A DNA stretch of 64,000 bases from a virus. A program made the position numbers and the translations under genes. Within the stretch, counting starts at the first letter, position 1, and every line of letters starts with the position of its first letter. Where the stretch lies: the IMG/VR virus record IMGVR_UViG_3300025528_000383; one strand, given 5' to 3'. Positions 1 to 9,725 of the stretch are shown piece after piece. Under the pieces are notes generated by a model. The model was not told the DNA's origin. It searched no databases and saw only the letters and a list, made by a program, of their open reading frames with translations.

Positions 1-67
1 GCTAGCTTTAATTTTCGACATCATCTTCAAATAAAGGATTTCTCATTTCTTCTAACCTCATTATATA

Positions 68-96
68 TTGACTTTTCCTATAGTCAATGGTATTCT
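68..96 (+). promoter_or_regulatory. sigmaA promoter TTGACT-17-TATTCT with operator copy TTTTCCTATAGTCAAT (73-88) in the spacer
   Basis: Read directly; TG extended -10. Confidence 0.75.
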
Positions 97-110
97 AAAA
101 TAGAAATCAT

Positions 111-1145
111 TTGAAGGCCGGAGTGAATGGAATGAACTTAAATTTAGACGATAACATTGTGCTGATTTCTCATACGGATTTGGACGGTTATGGGAGCGAG
201 ATTGTTTTGCGTGCTCTCGGATACAACCCGACCGTGTACCACCTTGAAAACCAAGAAGTAGATGGTTTTCTTCGCCGATATTTGGATGATATGTTGGACC
301 ACAAGAAAGAGATTCCCGCAGCTCTCTTCCTCACCGACCTTTCTCCAAATGAAGAGAATGCGGAAAAATTAAACTTGCTGCATCGTCAAGGGTTAAAGCA
401 CATGTATTTGTTCGATCATCACCAGACCGCTCTTTCCTTGAATCAATACTCTTGGGCGTTAGTCCTGCCAGAAAGCAATGACGGTGTGAAACAGTGTGGT
501 ACTTCACTTTTTTACTGCTTCTTGGCGGAAAACATGGGCATCAAGCTGGATGAGTATTCTAAATTGATCCTTGACCGAGTGGTTGAACTCATTCGTCTGT
601 ACGATACATGGGAGTGGGAAAAGGAAGGGGTTCAGGAAGCCAAGGACCTAAACACCTTGTTCTATCTGGAAGGGCCTGACCTATTTATATCAAACCGTCT
701 CGCCCACATCAACGATCGGTCTCTAAAATATGAACATTTTAAAGAACCGTGGCTTCCTCACGAAGGGGATCTCTTAGAAATAGAAAATAATCGAATGGCC
801 CGATACCTAAAGAATAAGGAACAGGAAATGATCACCATTACCGGCTTTTTCACCGATGAATACGGAATCCCCCTAACCGCCGGTGTCGTTCAGGCTGATC
901 AGTATATCAGTGAGCTTGGCCACTATCTTTGCAACACGCACCCGGAAATCGACTTTGCTCTGATGCTGATGCTGACGAAGAACAAAGTGTCTTTCCGAGC
1001 GGTTAAAGAACACATCAACCTCATCCCCATCGTGAAACGTTATGGCGGTGGCGGACATAAGCATGCGGCCGGCTGTGATTTTATCCATCTGGGCAAAGAG
1101 TTCTTGGACGTCCTCTATGATCATGTGAAAATCGAAAAATGTTAG
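111..1145 (+). CDS. DHH/DHHA1 phosphoesterase (NrnB/oligoribonuclease-like)
   Basis: Motifs SHTDLDG, LTDLS, FDHH and C-terminal GGGGHKHAAG; start may be the ATG at 132. Confidence 0.85.
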   Translation: MKAGVNGMNLNLDDNIVLISHTDLDGYGSEIVLRALGYNPTVYHLENQEVDGFLRRYLDDMLDHKKEIPAALFLTDLSPNEENAEKLNLLHRQGLKHMYLFDHHQTALSLNQYSWALVLPESNDGVKQCGTSLFYCFLAENMGIKLDEYSKLILDRVVELIRLYDTWEWEKEGVQEAKDLNTLFYLEGPDLFISNRLAHINDRSLKYEHFKEPWLPHEGDLLEIENNRMARYLKNKEQEMITITGFFTDEYGIPLTAGVVQADQYISELGHYLCNTHPEIDFALMLMLTKNKVSFRAVKEHINLIPIVKRYGGGGHKHAAGCDFIHLGKEFLDVLYDHVKIEKC

Positions 1146-1181
1146 AAAAAGCCCGTTATGATTTTCCATAACGGGCTTTGT
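1146..1181 (+). terminator. Intrinsic terminator
   Basis: AAGCCCGTTATG/CATAACGGGCTT stem followed by a T tract. Confidence 0.75.
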
Positions 1182-1301
1182 TTTGTTATAAGAAGTTTTT
1201 TTTATATTTCCCTCTCTTATAACACGTTCGAGCATGGCTAAATAATATTTTGAATTTACGATTGCTATGAATCGCCTTTCTCCCTTTTTTGTGTTAAAAT
1301 A

Positions 1302-1315
1302 GGAACAAATGTTTG
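1302..1315 (+). promoter_or_regulatory. LexA (Din/Cheo) box-like site GGAACAAATGTTTG just downstream of -10 TAAAAT
   Basis: Near match to Bacillus GAAC-N4-GTTC; yolD genes are typically SOS-associated. Confidence 0.6.
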
Positions 1316-1332
1316 CATTGGGTGGTGTCGGG

Positions 1333-1650
1333 ATGATCAAAGATCGAGGAATAAAAAAATGGACCTCATTTTTCCTCCCGGAACACGCTAAGATGCTCCA
1401 AGAGATGCTCGATGAAACAAATTGGATAGAGAAACCGGAGCTGGATGAACAGAAGAAGGAGGAACTAGATTTAGCCTTACACTACGCCATTCATCATAAT
1501 CGTGAGGTGGAATTGGAAGTCTTTGTTAACCACAAGGTCGAGATTATGAGCGGGCGGGTTGATTCCATCAACATGTTAAACCGGAAAATTTATCTGGAAG
1601 ATGGAACGTCCATCCCGTTGAATGACATTCTGAACGTTCGGGTTTTATAA
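1333..1650 (+). CDS. yolD: YolD-like family protein
   Basis: DRGIKKW...LPEH N-terminus, KPELDE, typical length. Confidence 0.85.
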   Translation: MIKDRGIKKWTSFFLPEHAKMLQEMLDETNWIEKPELDEQKKEELDLALHYAIHHNREVELEVFVNHKVEIMSGRVDSINMLNRKIYLEDGTSIPLNDILNVRVL

Positions 1651-1670
1651 TTGAAGAAACAAAGCGAGGG

Positions 1671-2666
1671 ATGACGATGGATGAACTAAAGGAGCAAAAG
1701 TTGCTTTGGAAGGTTTATGTTCGGGAAAATCGGCTGCCTCGTTTCGCCAGAGATTATCTGGACAGTTTTGAGAATCTTTCGCTTTCGACTCGTTATGAAT
1801 ACATCAAAGACATCGAATTGTTTCTGGAATTTCTGGTCGAATCTGAAATCGTGAAAAAAAGCGTTCCAGCCTTCATGGAACCGGCCGACCTTGCCACGGT
1901 TAAAGAGGAGGACATTCTGGAATTTCTTCGTCGCCTCACCCGTTATGAGAGGGAATACACCACTCGGAGCGGAAAACGGGTTGTCCAGGAATTCAAAAAC
2001 GGTCCAAAAGGCAAGGAGCGAAAACGTGTGGTTCTCCACAATTTATTTCGCTATCTAATTGAGATGGGGCACTTAAAGCGGAATCCAGTGGAGAAGATTC
2101 GCATTCCTGTCGATAAGGTCTCGGACAAACCGGTCCTTACCCACTACGACCTTAACCGAATGCTGGAAGTGGCATACTACGACAACCCGGACGAGTTTCG
2201 TGCGTGGCGAAATTACGTGATCCTGAAGCTCCTCGCTTATACCGGTATTCGCATCGGTGAATTGATTGGGATGGACATAGACGATGTTTGGCGGGAGCGG
2301 GATGAGATGATGGTTACCCGTATTGACGGAGAAGGTGATGTGCTCCTTATCCCGCCCCCTGTCCGGAAGGATCTTTACCATTACCTCGACATGCGTTTAA
2401 AAATCGAAAACATCCAAAAAGGACATAAAAACGCTCTGTTTCTCTCTCAGCAGATGCGGCGGATGGATCCAAGGAGCGTGCGGAAGATGATCAAGAAGGT
2501 CGGCGAACGAGCCGGCGTACGAATTCCCGTGACCCCGCAAACATTTCGTAAATCCTGCGGAAAATGGCAATATGAAAAAACCGGGGATGTGCGGGAGGCA
2601 GCGGAGTTCTTAGGTTACCGTTCTGTCCAAACCTTCCGGCAGACGGTTTTAGAAGAGAAAGCATAA
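1671..2666 (+). CDS. Tyrosine recombinase-fold protein with degenerate active site
   Basis: TGIRIGEL (Arg-I) present; HxxR is QTFR; LGH is LGY; no Tyr at the nucleophile position (SVQTFRQT). Confidence 0.8.
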   Translation: MTMDELKEQKLLWKVYVRENRLPRFARDYLDSFENLSLSTRYEYIKDIELFLEFLVESEIVKKSVPAFMEPADLATVKEEDILEFLRRLTRYEREYTTRSGKRVVQEFKNGPKGKERKRVVLHNLFRYLIEMGHLKRNPVEKIRIPVDKVSDKPVLTHYDLNRMLEVAYYDNPDEFRAWRNYVILKLLAYTGIRIGELIGMDIDDVWRERDEMMVTRIDGEGDVLLIPPPVRKDLYHYLDMRLKIENIQKGHKNALFLSQQMRRMDPRSVRKMIKKVGERAGVRIPVTPQTFRKSCGKWQYEKTGDVREAAEFLGYRSVQTFRQTVLEEKA

Positions 2667-2702
2667 AAAAAGCAACCGGTAGAAAACCGATTGCTTTTTT
2701 TG
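2666..2702. terminator. Bidirectional terminator
   Basis: AAAAAAGCAA-CCGGT...ACCGA-TTGCTTTTTT between convergent genes. Confidence 0.7.
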
Positions 2703-2714
2703 TAGGTTCCGTTC

Positions 2715-3422
2715 TCACATCACGGGTTCCGCAGTCACCGGAAGCAGGTCGCCGATATCGACCTTCCCCCGGTGAATCATGTCCACGAAGAGGTTGACGA
2801 TGTCTGGATCGAATTGGGTCCCCCTGCCCTTTCGGAGTTCCACCACCGCTTCCCATACCTTCCGTTTCTTCTGGTAGACCCGGTTGGAGGTCATCGCATC
2901 GAAGGAGTCCGCCACTGCGGCGATGCGTGCGACGAGTGGGATGTCTTCCCCTTTCAGACCAAACGGGTATCCTTTTCCGTCAAAACGTTCATGGTGGTAA
3001 AGCGTGATGGCAAGGATCGTCTCATCCGTGATCTCCAACATGTTTCTCAAGATGTCGTATCCGGCTTTCGGGTGTTGTTTGACGATTTCGTATTCTTCTG
3101 GGGTCAGGCGAGAAGGCTTCGTCAGAATTTCATCGGGGATTCTCCCCTTTCCGATGTCATGGAGCATCCCGCCCATGAACAACGTAAGGCAATCCGACGG
3201 CTTGAATCCGGCCGCCAACCCGATCTCATAGCAATAATACGCCACGTTCCGTGAATGTACATCCTGAAACAGGATGGCTTCGATCCGGTTGTACAAGCCT
3301 TCTTCCGCACCCCTCGCCGGAACCCCGTATTTTCTTCGTTTCCTCCCATTAGGAGGAGACAGAGTTTCCTTCAACAAATTCCGGTAGATGATGTCGAGTT
3401 CTTTTTTCTCTTGTTTGGTCAC
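2715..3422 (-). CDS. Stand-alone HD-GYP phosphodiesterase
   Basis: LHDIGK, HP..GY, HHERFDGKGYP, VADSFDAMT; GTG start at 3422 after GGGGGG. Confidence 0.9.
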   Translation of the reverse strand: MTKQEKKELDIIYRNLLKETLSPPNGRKRRKYGVPARGAEEGLYNRIEAILFQDVHSRNVAYYCYEIGLAAGFKPSDCLTLFMGGMLHDIGKGRIPDEILTKPSRLTPEEYEIVKQHPKAGYDILRNMLEITDETILAITLYHHERFDGKGYPFGLKGEDIPLVARIAAVADSFDAMTSNRVYQKKRKVWEAVVELRKGRGTQFDPDIVNLFVDMIHRGKVDIGDLLPVTAEPVM

Positions 3423-3645
3423 AAAAGCTACCCCCCAATGGCAAACATCTTTTTGTCTTTTCCGAAAACGAGCGGGGTTCAGAACCTGAATCAAGTCCTT
3501 GGCTTCTTCGGTATGACATCCAGACGTTCCGTGATGTTCGACACGTCCCTGCCTGTCACCCCGACAAGGTCATCGTTTTTATAGTATGCCCGGGCGTCCC
3601 TCACGACTACTTGGTCCGTCCCTTCAAAGTCATTTTCTTATTTCG

Positions 3646-3674
3646 ATTTTACCATTGACTATAGGTTAAGACAA
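3646..3674 (-). promoter_or_regulatory. Promoter TTGTCT-17-TAAAAT with operator copy (3654-3669) in the spacer
   Basis: Read on the minus strand. Confidence 0.7.
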
Positions 3675-3888
3675 TTTTAATCAAGCCTCTCCTCCCCTTT
3701 CCCCTTTTTGTGGTTTTACACTCGGATAAATATCAAAAAATGGGAAAGCACCGCTTCAACAGCGGTGCCTATGTGCATCGGCGTGCCTTCATTTTTTTCA
3801 CGCTAGTTGCTTGGAAACAGCTTTTCCGGCAGCGTTCTGACACCATGGTAATGAAATTTTCATAAGTCCTCATCCACTCCCTTAACAA

Positions 3889-5076
3889 TCAATGGGCTTT
3901 GAAATTGTAAAGGGGTTTAATCACCCGTTCAATCATAGCGGTGTCCTGGATATTTTCCATGATTTCTTCCATCGGTTTGTAGGCCATCGGACTTTCGTCC
4001 AATGTCTCAGGAACAACGGACGTACTCCAAACATTCTTCATGGTTTCTTTGAATACTTCCATGGAGAGATTGGCCTTCGCTTTGGAGCGGCTCATCAGCC
4101 GGCCGGCACCATGAGGAGCGGAATAGTTCCAATCCGGGTCCCCCTTGCCGATGCAAATCAGGCTGCCATCCCGCATGTTCATCGGGATGATAACCCGTTC
4201 GCCTTTTTGAGCGGAAATGGCTCCCTTTCGCAAAATCATGTGTTCCATGTCGATGTAGTTGTGGATGGTCGTGAATCCGTCCACCACCGTCCAGCCCATG
4301 TGTTCGACGATTTCCTGGACCATCGCCTTGCGATTCAAGGACGCATAGTATTGGGCTATTTTCATGTCGTGCATATAGGCGTCGAACGACTTACCCTCCA
4401 CATATGCCAAATCCTTCGGGATGTTCGGCCTCTTCAAAGCGGCGAGGGTGGATTGAATTTCCTTCTCTCTTCCCTCACGTTTCAGTCGCTCGATGATCTC
4501 CTGCTTCTCCTGTTGTCGACTCATGAGCTCATCATAAGCCCGTTTTTGATAATATTCAGCGACCTGCTTGCCGAGGTTCCGGGAACCACTGTGGATCACG
4601 AGGGCAACATGGCTATCATCCCATTCGTTCAGCTCGATAAAGTGGTTTCCCCCGCCAAGCGTGCCGATAGATTTTTCTGCCCGGTCCACGCTTACGGGTG
4701 CAATAAGATCGCCGAAGTTGACTCGATTGGCGAGCGGGTGTTTTTTCGAACGGATAGAAAAACCACTCGGGACGTGCTTCCGGATCGTTTCATCCAACTG
4801 GTCGAAATTAACCTTATCCGGCGGTGTGGCGATGATAGCCACTTCCATTCCACAACCAATGTCGACCCCCACAAGGTTGGCAACGATCTTGTCCTGGATC
4901 GTCATGGTTGTACCGATTGTGCAGCCTTTCCCGGCGTGCGTGTCCGGCATGATTCGAATTTGGCTGTCTTTCACGAATTCCTGGTTGAGGAGTTCGACGA
5001 TTTGTGCAGCCGCCTCGGGCTCGATGTTGTTCGTGAATACTTTGGCGGTGTTGTACTTTCCTTTCAATTCCAACAC
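3889..5076 (-). CDS. rtcB: RtcB RNA ligase
   Basis: MPDTHAG, VGVDIGCG, GTLGGGNHFIE, HSGSR, HNY, HGAGR; GTG start after AAGGAG. Confidence 0.95.
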   Translation of the reverse strand: MLELKGKYNTAKVFTNNIEPEAAAQIVELLNQEFVKDSQIRIMPDTHAGKGCTIGTTMTIQDKIVANLVGVDIGCGMEVAIIATPPDKVNFDQLDETIRKHVPSGFSIRSKKHPLANRVNFGDLIAPVSVDRAEKSIGTLGGGNHFIELNEWDDSHVALVIHSGSRNLGKQVAEYYQKRAYDELMSRQQEKQEIIERLKREGREKEIQSTLAALKRPNIPKDLAYVEGKSFDAYMHDMKIAQYYASLNRKAMVQEIVEHMGWTVVDGFTTIHNYIDMEHMILRKGAISAQKGERVIIPMNMRDGSLICIGKGDPDWNYSAPHGAGRLMSRSKAKANLSMEVFKETMKNVWSTSVVPETLDESPMAYKPMEEIMENIQDTAMIERVIKPLYNFKAH

Positions 5077-5199
5077 GAATAATCTTCTCCTTCCTATCTG
5101 TATGAGATCACTAACATAGAGCAAATGGAGGAAGAACACGAGGGATGACATCCTTCGTGCTCACTTCGTGACGAGTTCAGGTGTTGGTCGCATCCACGT

Positions 5200-5790
5200 T
5201 CAGAACTCTTCCTCCCCGTTTTCTTCTTCTTCCTCCCATTCCTCGTCGTCCCATTCTTCGTCTTCCTCAATGAAAACGAGTTTCATAGCAACGATTTCGC
5301 CATTTTCCTCGGCCGTGTAGACATCGTAGATGCCGTCACCATATCCGCTGGAGGCGACCACTCCACCGTCCAATACTCCGGCCATGGCATCTATGGTGAT
5401 CGTGCAGCAGGAACCGTACCATTTGTCCCCTTCCTTCCGAGTATCCAACCACTCAGGAATGGGGGTATCCCCCACGCAAGCGTCGTTTCTGTATTTGTCC
5501 TCTTGGAAAAATCCTGCTTGACCGCTATCAACGCCGACGGAAAAGTATTCTTTCTTCCATTGGAACCGCAAGTCCATCAGCGATCCGTGGGCTTCATGGA
5601 AGGCGATCAATTCGCCGACCCGCTCTCCACTGTCGCATGTCCGGGCGACGGCTTTCCATAAACCGGTTTTGACACCGCTTAAGATTCCCTGACACCATAT
5701 CCCTTTTGGATAACACGGATCGGAAACCACCACTTCCCCTTTGGAAATTTCGAATCTCCCCAATTCTTTCAAATCCAAATCCACTGTCAT
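5200..5790 (-). CDS. DUF4241-like protein with acidic tail
   Basis: VVSDPCY, VGVDSGQAGFF, SSGYGDGIYDVY. Confidence 0.65.
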   Translation of the reverse strand: MTVDLDLKELGRFEISKGEVVVSDPCYPKGIWCQGILSGVKTGLWKAVARTCDSGERVGELIAFHEAHGSLMDLRFQWKKEYFSVGVDSGQAGFFQEDKYRNDACVGDTPIPEWLDTRKEGDKWYGSCCTITIDAMAGVLDGGVVASSGYGDGIYDVYTAEENGEIVAMKLVFIEEDEEWDDEEWEEEEENGEEEF

Positions 5791-5907
5791 TCATCCTTTC
5801 TATTTTAATTAAATATTAATTATGCCCGGTGCCGAACTACCGGGCGACTGTTTTTTCTCGTTAGACAGCCTGTCTCCAATGCGTGCAGGTGGACGTGAAG
5901 GGGAGTT

Positions 5908-6216
5908 CTAAACAGCAATGACAGAAGGTTGGATGGGTGGGACCCCCGCCTCTTCGATTCCAAAATCCTGCACGATGGCGTTATGAAGGGGATTGTTAAT
6001 TCCCCGGAGCTGGGAAGCATCCAGGGAAATCTCATATTCCTTCACCTTTTTGAACGTTTCCCTTTCTAACACCCGCACTCTTTGAATTTTCCGGATTCTC
6101 GGCCGATCCGTTGGATAGATCGGGGTGTTGTCCGCAAAGCTGATATCGACGGAGCCAACAATATCAGCTTCCAGAAGAAATCTTTTCTCGAACTCTGACC
6201 ATTTCATCTTTTTCAT
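5908..6216 (-). CDS. Hypothetical protein
   Basis: RBS GGAAGG; coupled to upstream ORF. Confidence 0.6.
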   Translation of the reverse strand: MKKMKWSEFEKRFLLEADIVGSVDISFADNTPIYPTDRPRIRKIQRVRVLERETFKKVKEYEISLDASQLRGINNPLHNAIVQDFGIEEAGVPPIQPSVIAV

Positions 6217-6659
6217 CCTTCCCTTACCCTTATTACTTTCAACACGCCAATAAGCTGATCTACGTCTTTTTCTGTCGCATTATCATTGACGATGAATGAG
6301 TCTATTTGCACGTACCATTCATTCTCTCCGCCCCCGGTATAGTCGTCGGTGACATGCACTACCAATTCCAAGTTTTCCGTTATTGGAAGCAAATAGCTTT
6401 CTGCTCCAGGGGCAAGCAATCCCAATGGTCTATGATTGATACCATATTTCTCCATGTATTGGTTGATGGCATACAACACTTCATCGCCCTCTTCTTCCTC
6501 ATAAATGCCTTCATAATCCGGCATTTGTTTCCGGAAGTAATTCCCAAGCCGCTTGGCGATCGGCGTATCCTCATAACTGAGGATCCTGGTCATGGACGCC
6601 ACTCGGCCTTCCTTCCTCGCTTCCATCAGACGAGCAAATTCAGACTTCCTTAACTTCAT
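6213..6659 (-). CDS. Hypothetical protein
   Basis: RBS GGAGG; operon position. Confidence 0.65.
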   Translation of the reverse strand: MKLRKSEFARLMEARKEGRVASMTRILSYEDTPIAKRLGNYFRKQMPDYEGIYEEEEGDEVLYAINQYMEKYGINHRPLGLLAPGAESYLLPITENLELVVHVTDDYTGGGENEWYVQIDSFIVNDNATEKDVDQLIGVLKVIRVREG

Positions 6660-6794
6660 GCTTTTTTCCTCCTACTATTGTTCTTCCGTACGAAATCATG
6701 GTTTGATTCCTTGTTTTTATGTGATTCCCCTTATGCTACGGTCATGTGGCCATATTCATAACCAGTAGCAAAAGGGTTTCAGTCACCCATAAAA

Positions 6795-7784
6795 TCAGGC
6801 AGAATATCGTCTCTCTATCTTTTTCACTTCAGGGTAAAGATACAGATTATATAGCCAATCGTTGTAATCATAGGTAACGATAATGTCCGCCCCGGGGCAA
6901 CCATGATACAAGGAATCCAAAAGAACTGCTAAATCAATATGGTCTTGTTTGTCATAATGGCAAGGATATAAATCCTTTCCTTTCTTCACGTAGGGCGGAT
7001 CAATGAATATCGTTGCATCGTCCCGCCAATAGGCCTCTTCAATCAGATCAACAGCATTTTCGTTCGTCACTTCGATCCGGTCACTCAATTTATGAATCCG
7101 TTCAATTCTTCGGATGAGCTCATCAGGCTTCCATCGGCAAAGGAGTTTTTCTTGACTGCCATGTTTACCGCCGATTGGGTTGGCTTTATAAATGCCACTG
7201 TAAGCCAACCGATTTACCAATAGAGAAGCCCATGCCGCATCAACCATATCCACGTTCCGATAATCCGCTTTAATTAGTTCCTGGGCTTTGAAAAAATCTT
7301 CGTGGGTGGGGACGATCGACCGGATTTTTTCGATTATCGCAAATGGGGCGTGCTTTACCATATACCAAAAGGAAAACACGCCAAAATCTAAGTCATTCAG
7401 ATGAAGAGATTGAACAACGCCAGCATCCAGCATAGCGAGCTCAAAACTTCCGCCCCCCGTAAATGGAGAAATCAGTTTTCCGGTTTTTAGTTTCTGGAGA
7501 TGTAAATACAAATAATCAATGATCTTTGATTTTCCACCCGGATACCGATACGGAGAAAGTCTCTTGTTGAATTTTTTGTTTGTTTTTGTGCTGGACACGG
7601 CTGCCGTTGCTTTTTCCTCAAGAATTAGAATAAAACGATGCCTGTCTTTGATATGGTCATAATAGGTGAATCCGTCACAAACCTCGCACCAAAACCCTCT
7701 GCCGTTTGGATCGGGTTGAAAATCTCCTTCTTCCATTGTGCTTACTGTTCCGCAAAAACGGCATTGCATTTTCTTTCTTTCCAT
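6795..7784 (-). CDS. Orphan DNA adenine methyltransferase (Dam/D12 class) with N-terminal CxxC...CxxC zinc ribbon
   Basis: RYPGGKS, FTGGGS, LNDLD, IDPPY. Confidence 0.85.
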   Translation of the reverse strand: MERKKMQCRFCGTVSTMEEGDFQPDPNGRGFWCEVCDGFTYYDHIKDRHRFILILEEKATAAVSSTKTNKKFNKRLSPYRYPGGKSKIIDYLYLHLQKLKTGKLISPFTGGGSFELAMLDAGVVQSLHLNDLDFGVFSFWYMVKHAPFAIIEKIRSIVPTHEDFFKAQELIKADYRNVDMVDAAWASLLVNRLAYSGIYKANPIGGKHGSQEKLLCRWKPDELIRRIERIHKLSDRIEVTNENAVDLIEEAYWRDDATIFIDPPYVKKGKDLYPCHYDKQDHIDLAVLLDSLYHGCPGADIIVTYDYNDWLYNLYLYPEVKKIERRYSA

Positions 7785-7897
7785 GCTCTCTCTCCCGATC
7801 AATGTGCCTTTGTCTCTTTCCTTTTAGATGTGCAACAACCTCTTCTTTTCAATTGTTAACGACTGTAAAACGTGGGACAAATCGACCTTTATGCTCA

Positions 7898-8371
7898 TCA
7901 ACCAGCATTCCGTATACCTCCATTTTCACTATCTTGTTTCAACGGGTTTTCGATACTGTACTTGTCACAAAGAAGCTGGAACACTTGCATGTATCTTTTG
8001 AATCCCTGGTATGATAATGGGGCTTCTAAGCTCCGCACCATCCAAAACAAACATTCTTCCTCTACCAGCCAATACTTGGAATGGATCGGGATTTCTGCAT
8101 ATTTTCTCACTTTTGCCTGCAATAATACTTCATCAACTTCCGCCAAGTTCTGGACACTTTCCAACTGGCCAAGTTTCAACCACAAGATGTGCCATTTCCA
8201 TTCAGGAATTCTGGCTTCATCTGCGATCCGCTTCTGTGTAAGGAGGGTCTTTAAGGCTTTCATCTTCTTTTTGTTAAGTGCTGTGGGTTCTTTTTCCCAG
8301 CTCTTCATCAATATTTTCGCCTTTTGGGAGACCTCCTTTTCTCCGACCTCCAATCCGAACATGCCGAACAT
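7898..8371 (-). CDS. Hypothetical protein
   Basis: RBS GAGGAGG; downstream of an operator-bearing promoter. Confidence 0.65.
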   Translation of the reverse strand: MFGMFGLEVGEKEVSQKAKILMKSWEKEPTALNKKKMKALKTLLTQKRIADEARIPEWKWHILWLKLGQLESVQNLAEVDEVLLQAKVRKYAEIPIHSKYWLVEEECLFWMVRSLEAPLSYQGFKRYMQVFQLLCDKYSIENPLKQDSENGGIRNAG

Positions 8372-8468
8372 ACCTCCTCTTCTATTCTTCTGTATTCTCG
8401 CAAACGATGGACTTTTCCATCAGTCCCCGCAAGGATCATCTTTCCCGTCGATGTTTTCTTGATTTAAT

Positions 8469-8497
8469 TATACAATTGCTTATAGTCAATGGCAATA
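8469..8497 (-). promoter_or_regulatory. Promoter TTGCCA-17-TATAAT with operator copy ATTGCTTATAGTCAAT (8475-8490)
   Basis: Read directly. Confidence 0.75.
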
Positions 8498-8768
8498 AAC
8501 AAAAAACAGAGAGCCCATTTTTGAGCCCTCTGTTTTCGTTGGAGTTGCAATTTTCCAAAGAACATTTAACATTTTGTTCTAAATTTAGTTGATTTTTTCC
8601 CTGTTTTTTAAGCAAGTAAGCGGCTGACTATTGATATTTCGGTTTCCTAATATGAATTATCCTCTATGTAGGGAATGATCAGGATAACCTGTATGAATCT
8701 CTTAATATACTTTATTCTTATGTATTCCTTTGGAATACGTGTATTAACCTGTTTCGTACTAAATATCG

Positions 8769-9305
8769 TCAACGGATGATTTTGTTCTCCCTAACCTTAC
8801 GAAATCGTAGTTCTGCGACTCGGGCGATATATTGGGTGGCAAGATTCTCTAGTTCGTCCAACAAGTCTTCCGGGTTTTTGTATTTCAGGGAGGCTTCCCG
8901 AAATTCCAATGGATGCACGAACGGAGCGTCGATCACGCTGAAAGAATCCAGCTCAATATCGTAGCATCGGTCAGGAACAAGGTTCTGGTTCACCACCCAA
9001 TATTCCCCCGTCACCCACGCATCAAGCACCCAACCGGAGAAATACAGGTGGGCTGGCGGAATAAGGTTAGCCGGATCCACCTTTCGTTCGTCAAATTCGT
9101 ACACTCGGATTCTGTGTGTTTTTTTACAAGTTTCAAGTGCATATCCCCCACCTGGCATGGCACTTAGACAATCCTCGATGCTTTTGGCCACGCAGATTCG
9201 GGGGATATTTCCGTTTTCGCCTTCCATACGCTGTTCCCGATCAGGAATGCGAGGTGTAAAAATCGGGATGACTTGCGAGAAGTCGTACGAGAGATGAAAG
9301 AGCAT
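8769..9305 (-). CDS. Hypothetical protein of a phage/plasmid type (possible ART-like fold)
   Basis: FHLS...FTPRIP...PRICVAKSIEDCL pattern; RBS AAGGAGG. Confidence 0.6.
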   Translation of the reverse strand: MLFHLSYDFSQVIPIFTPRIPDREQRMEGENGNIPRICVAKSIEDCLSAMPGGGYALETCKKTHRIRVYEFDERKVDPANLIPPAHLYFSGWVLDAWVTGEYWVVNQNLVPDRCYDIELDSFSVIDAPFVHPLEFREASLKYKNPEDLLDELENLATQYIARVAELRFRKVRENKIIR

Positions 9306-9725
9306 CTAACCCCCTCCTTTGGTCGGTTTGTTTATCCTACAAACCAGTGGGTGGAAGTATCGCTACAGAGCAATCGGAGAGGTTTCAAGCACAAAAAAAG
9401 ATCCGGATGAAACCGGATCAGAACCACAAGAATAACCATTCCTTTAGCGGCGTATCAAGTCACGACACACCTTTATCCCCCAAATCGAATTACCAAAGGT
9501 AATGAACGGTCTTTTTTTGATAAGAATTGACGAATTTTTGTATTGGGACTTGGTAAAGAACTCATTTGTGGCTGCCTTCGTTGAAGATTATACGGAATGG
9601 AAGTAATTCTCAGAGGACCACATTTGGAAGAGTGAGTTTTGATGGAGCATGGTTTAAACTTTCCCATTGTTATAATTTCGATGGGACCTTGAGTGGCCCC
9701 ATCATCCTTCTTGCGTATGGAATTG

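Noticed and set aside
3423-3640. Long leader of the HD-GYP gene as a c-di-GMP riboswitch
   Set aside because: No GEMM (GCAAA/GAAA) or class II core is recognisable; it contains only a startless ~45-codon frame.
3892-5082. Long antisense ORFs over rtcB and over other genes (e.g. 41147-42031, 56543-57397, 59640-61355)
   Set aside because: Shadow frames of well-supported opposite-strand genes, with no motifs or RBS.
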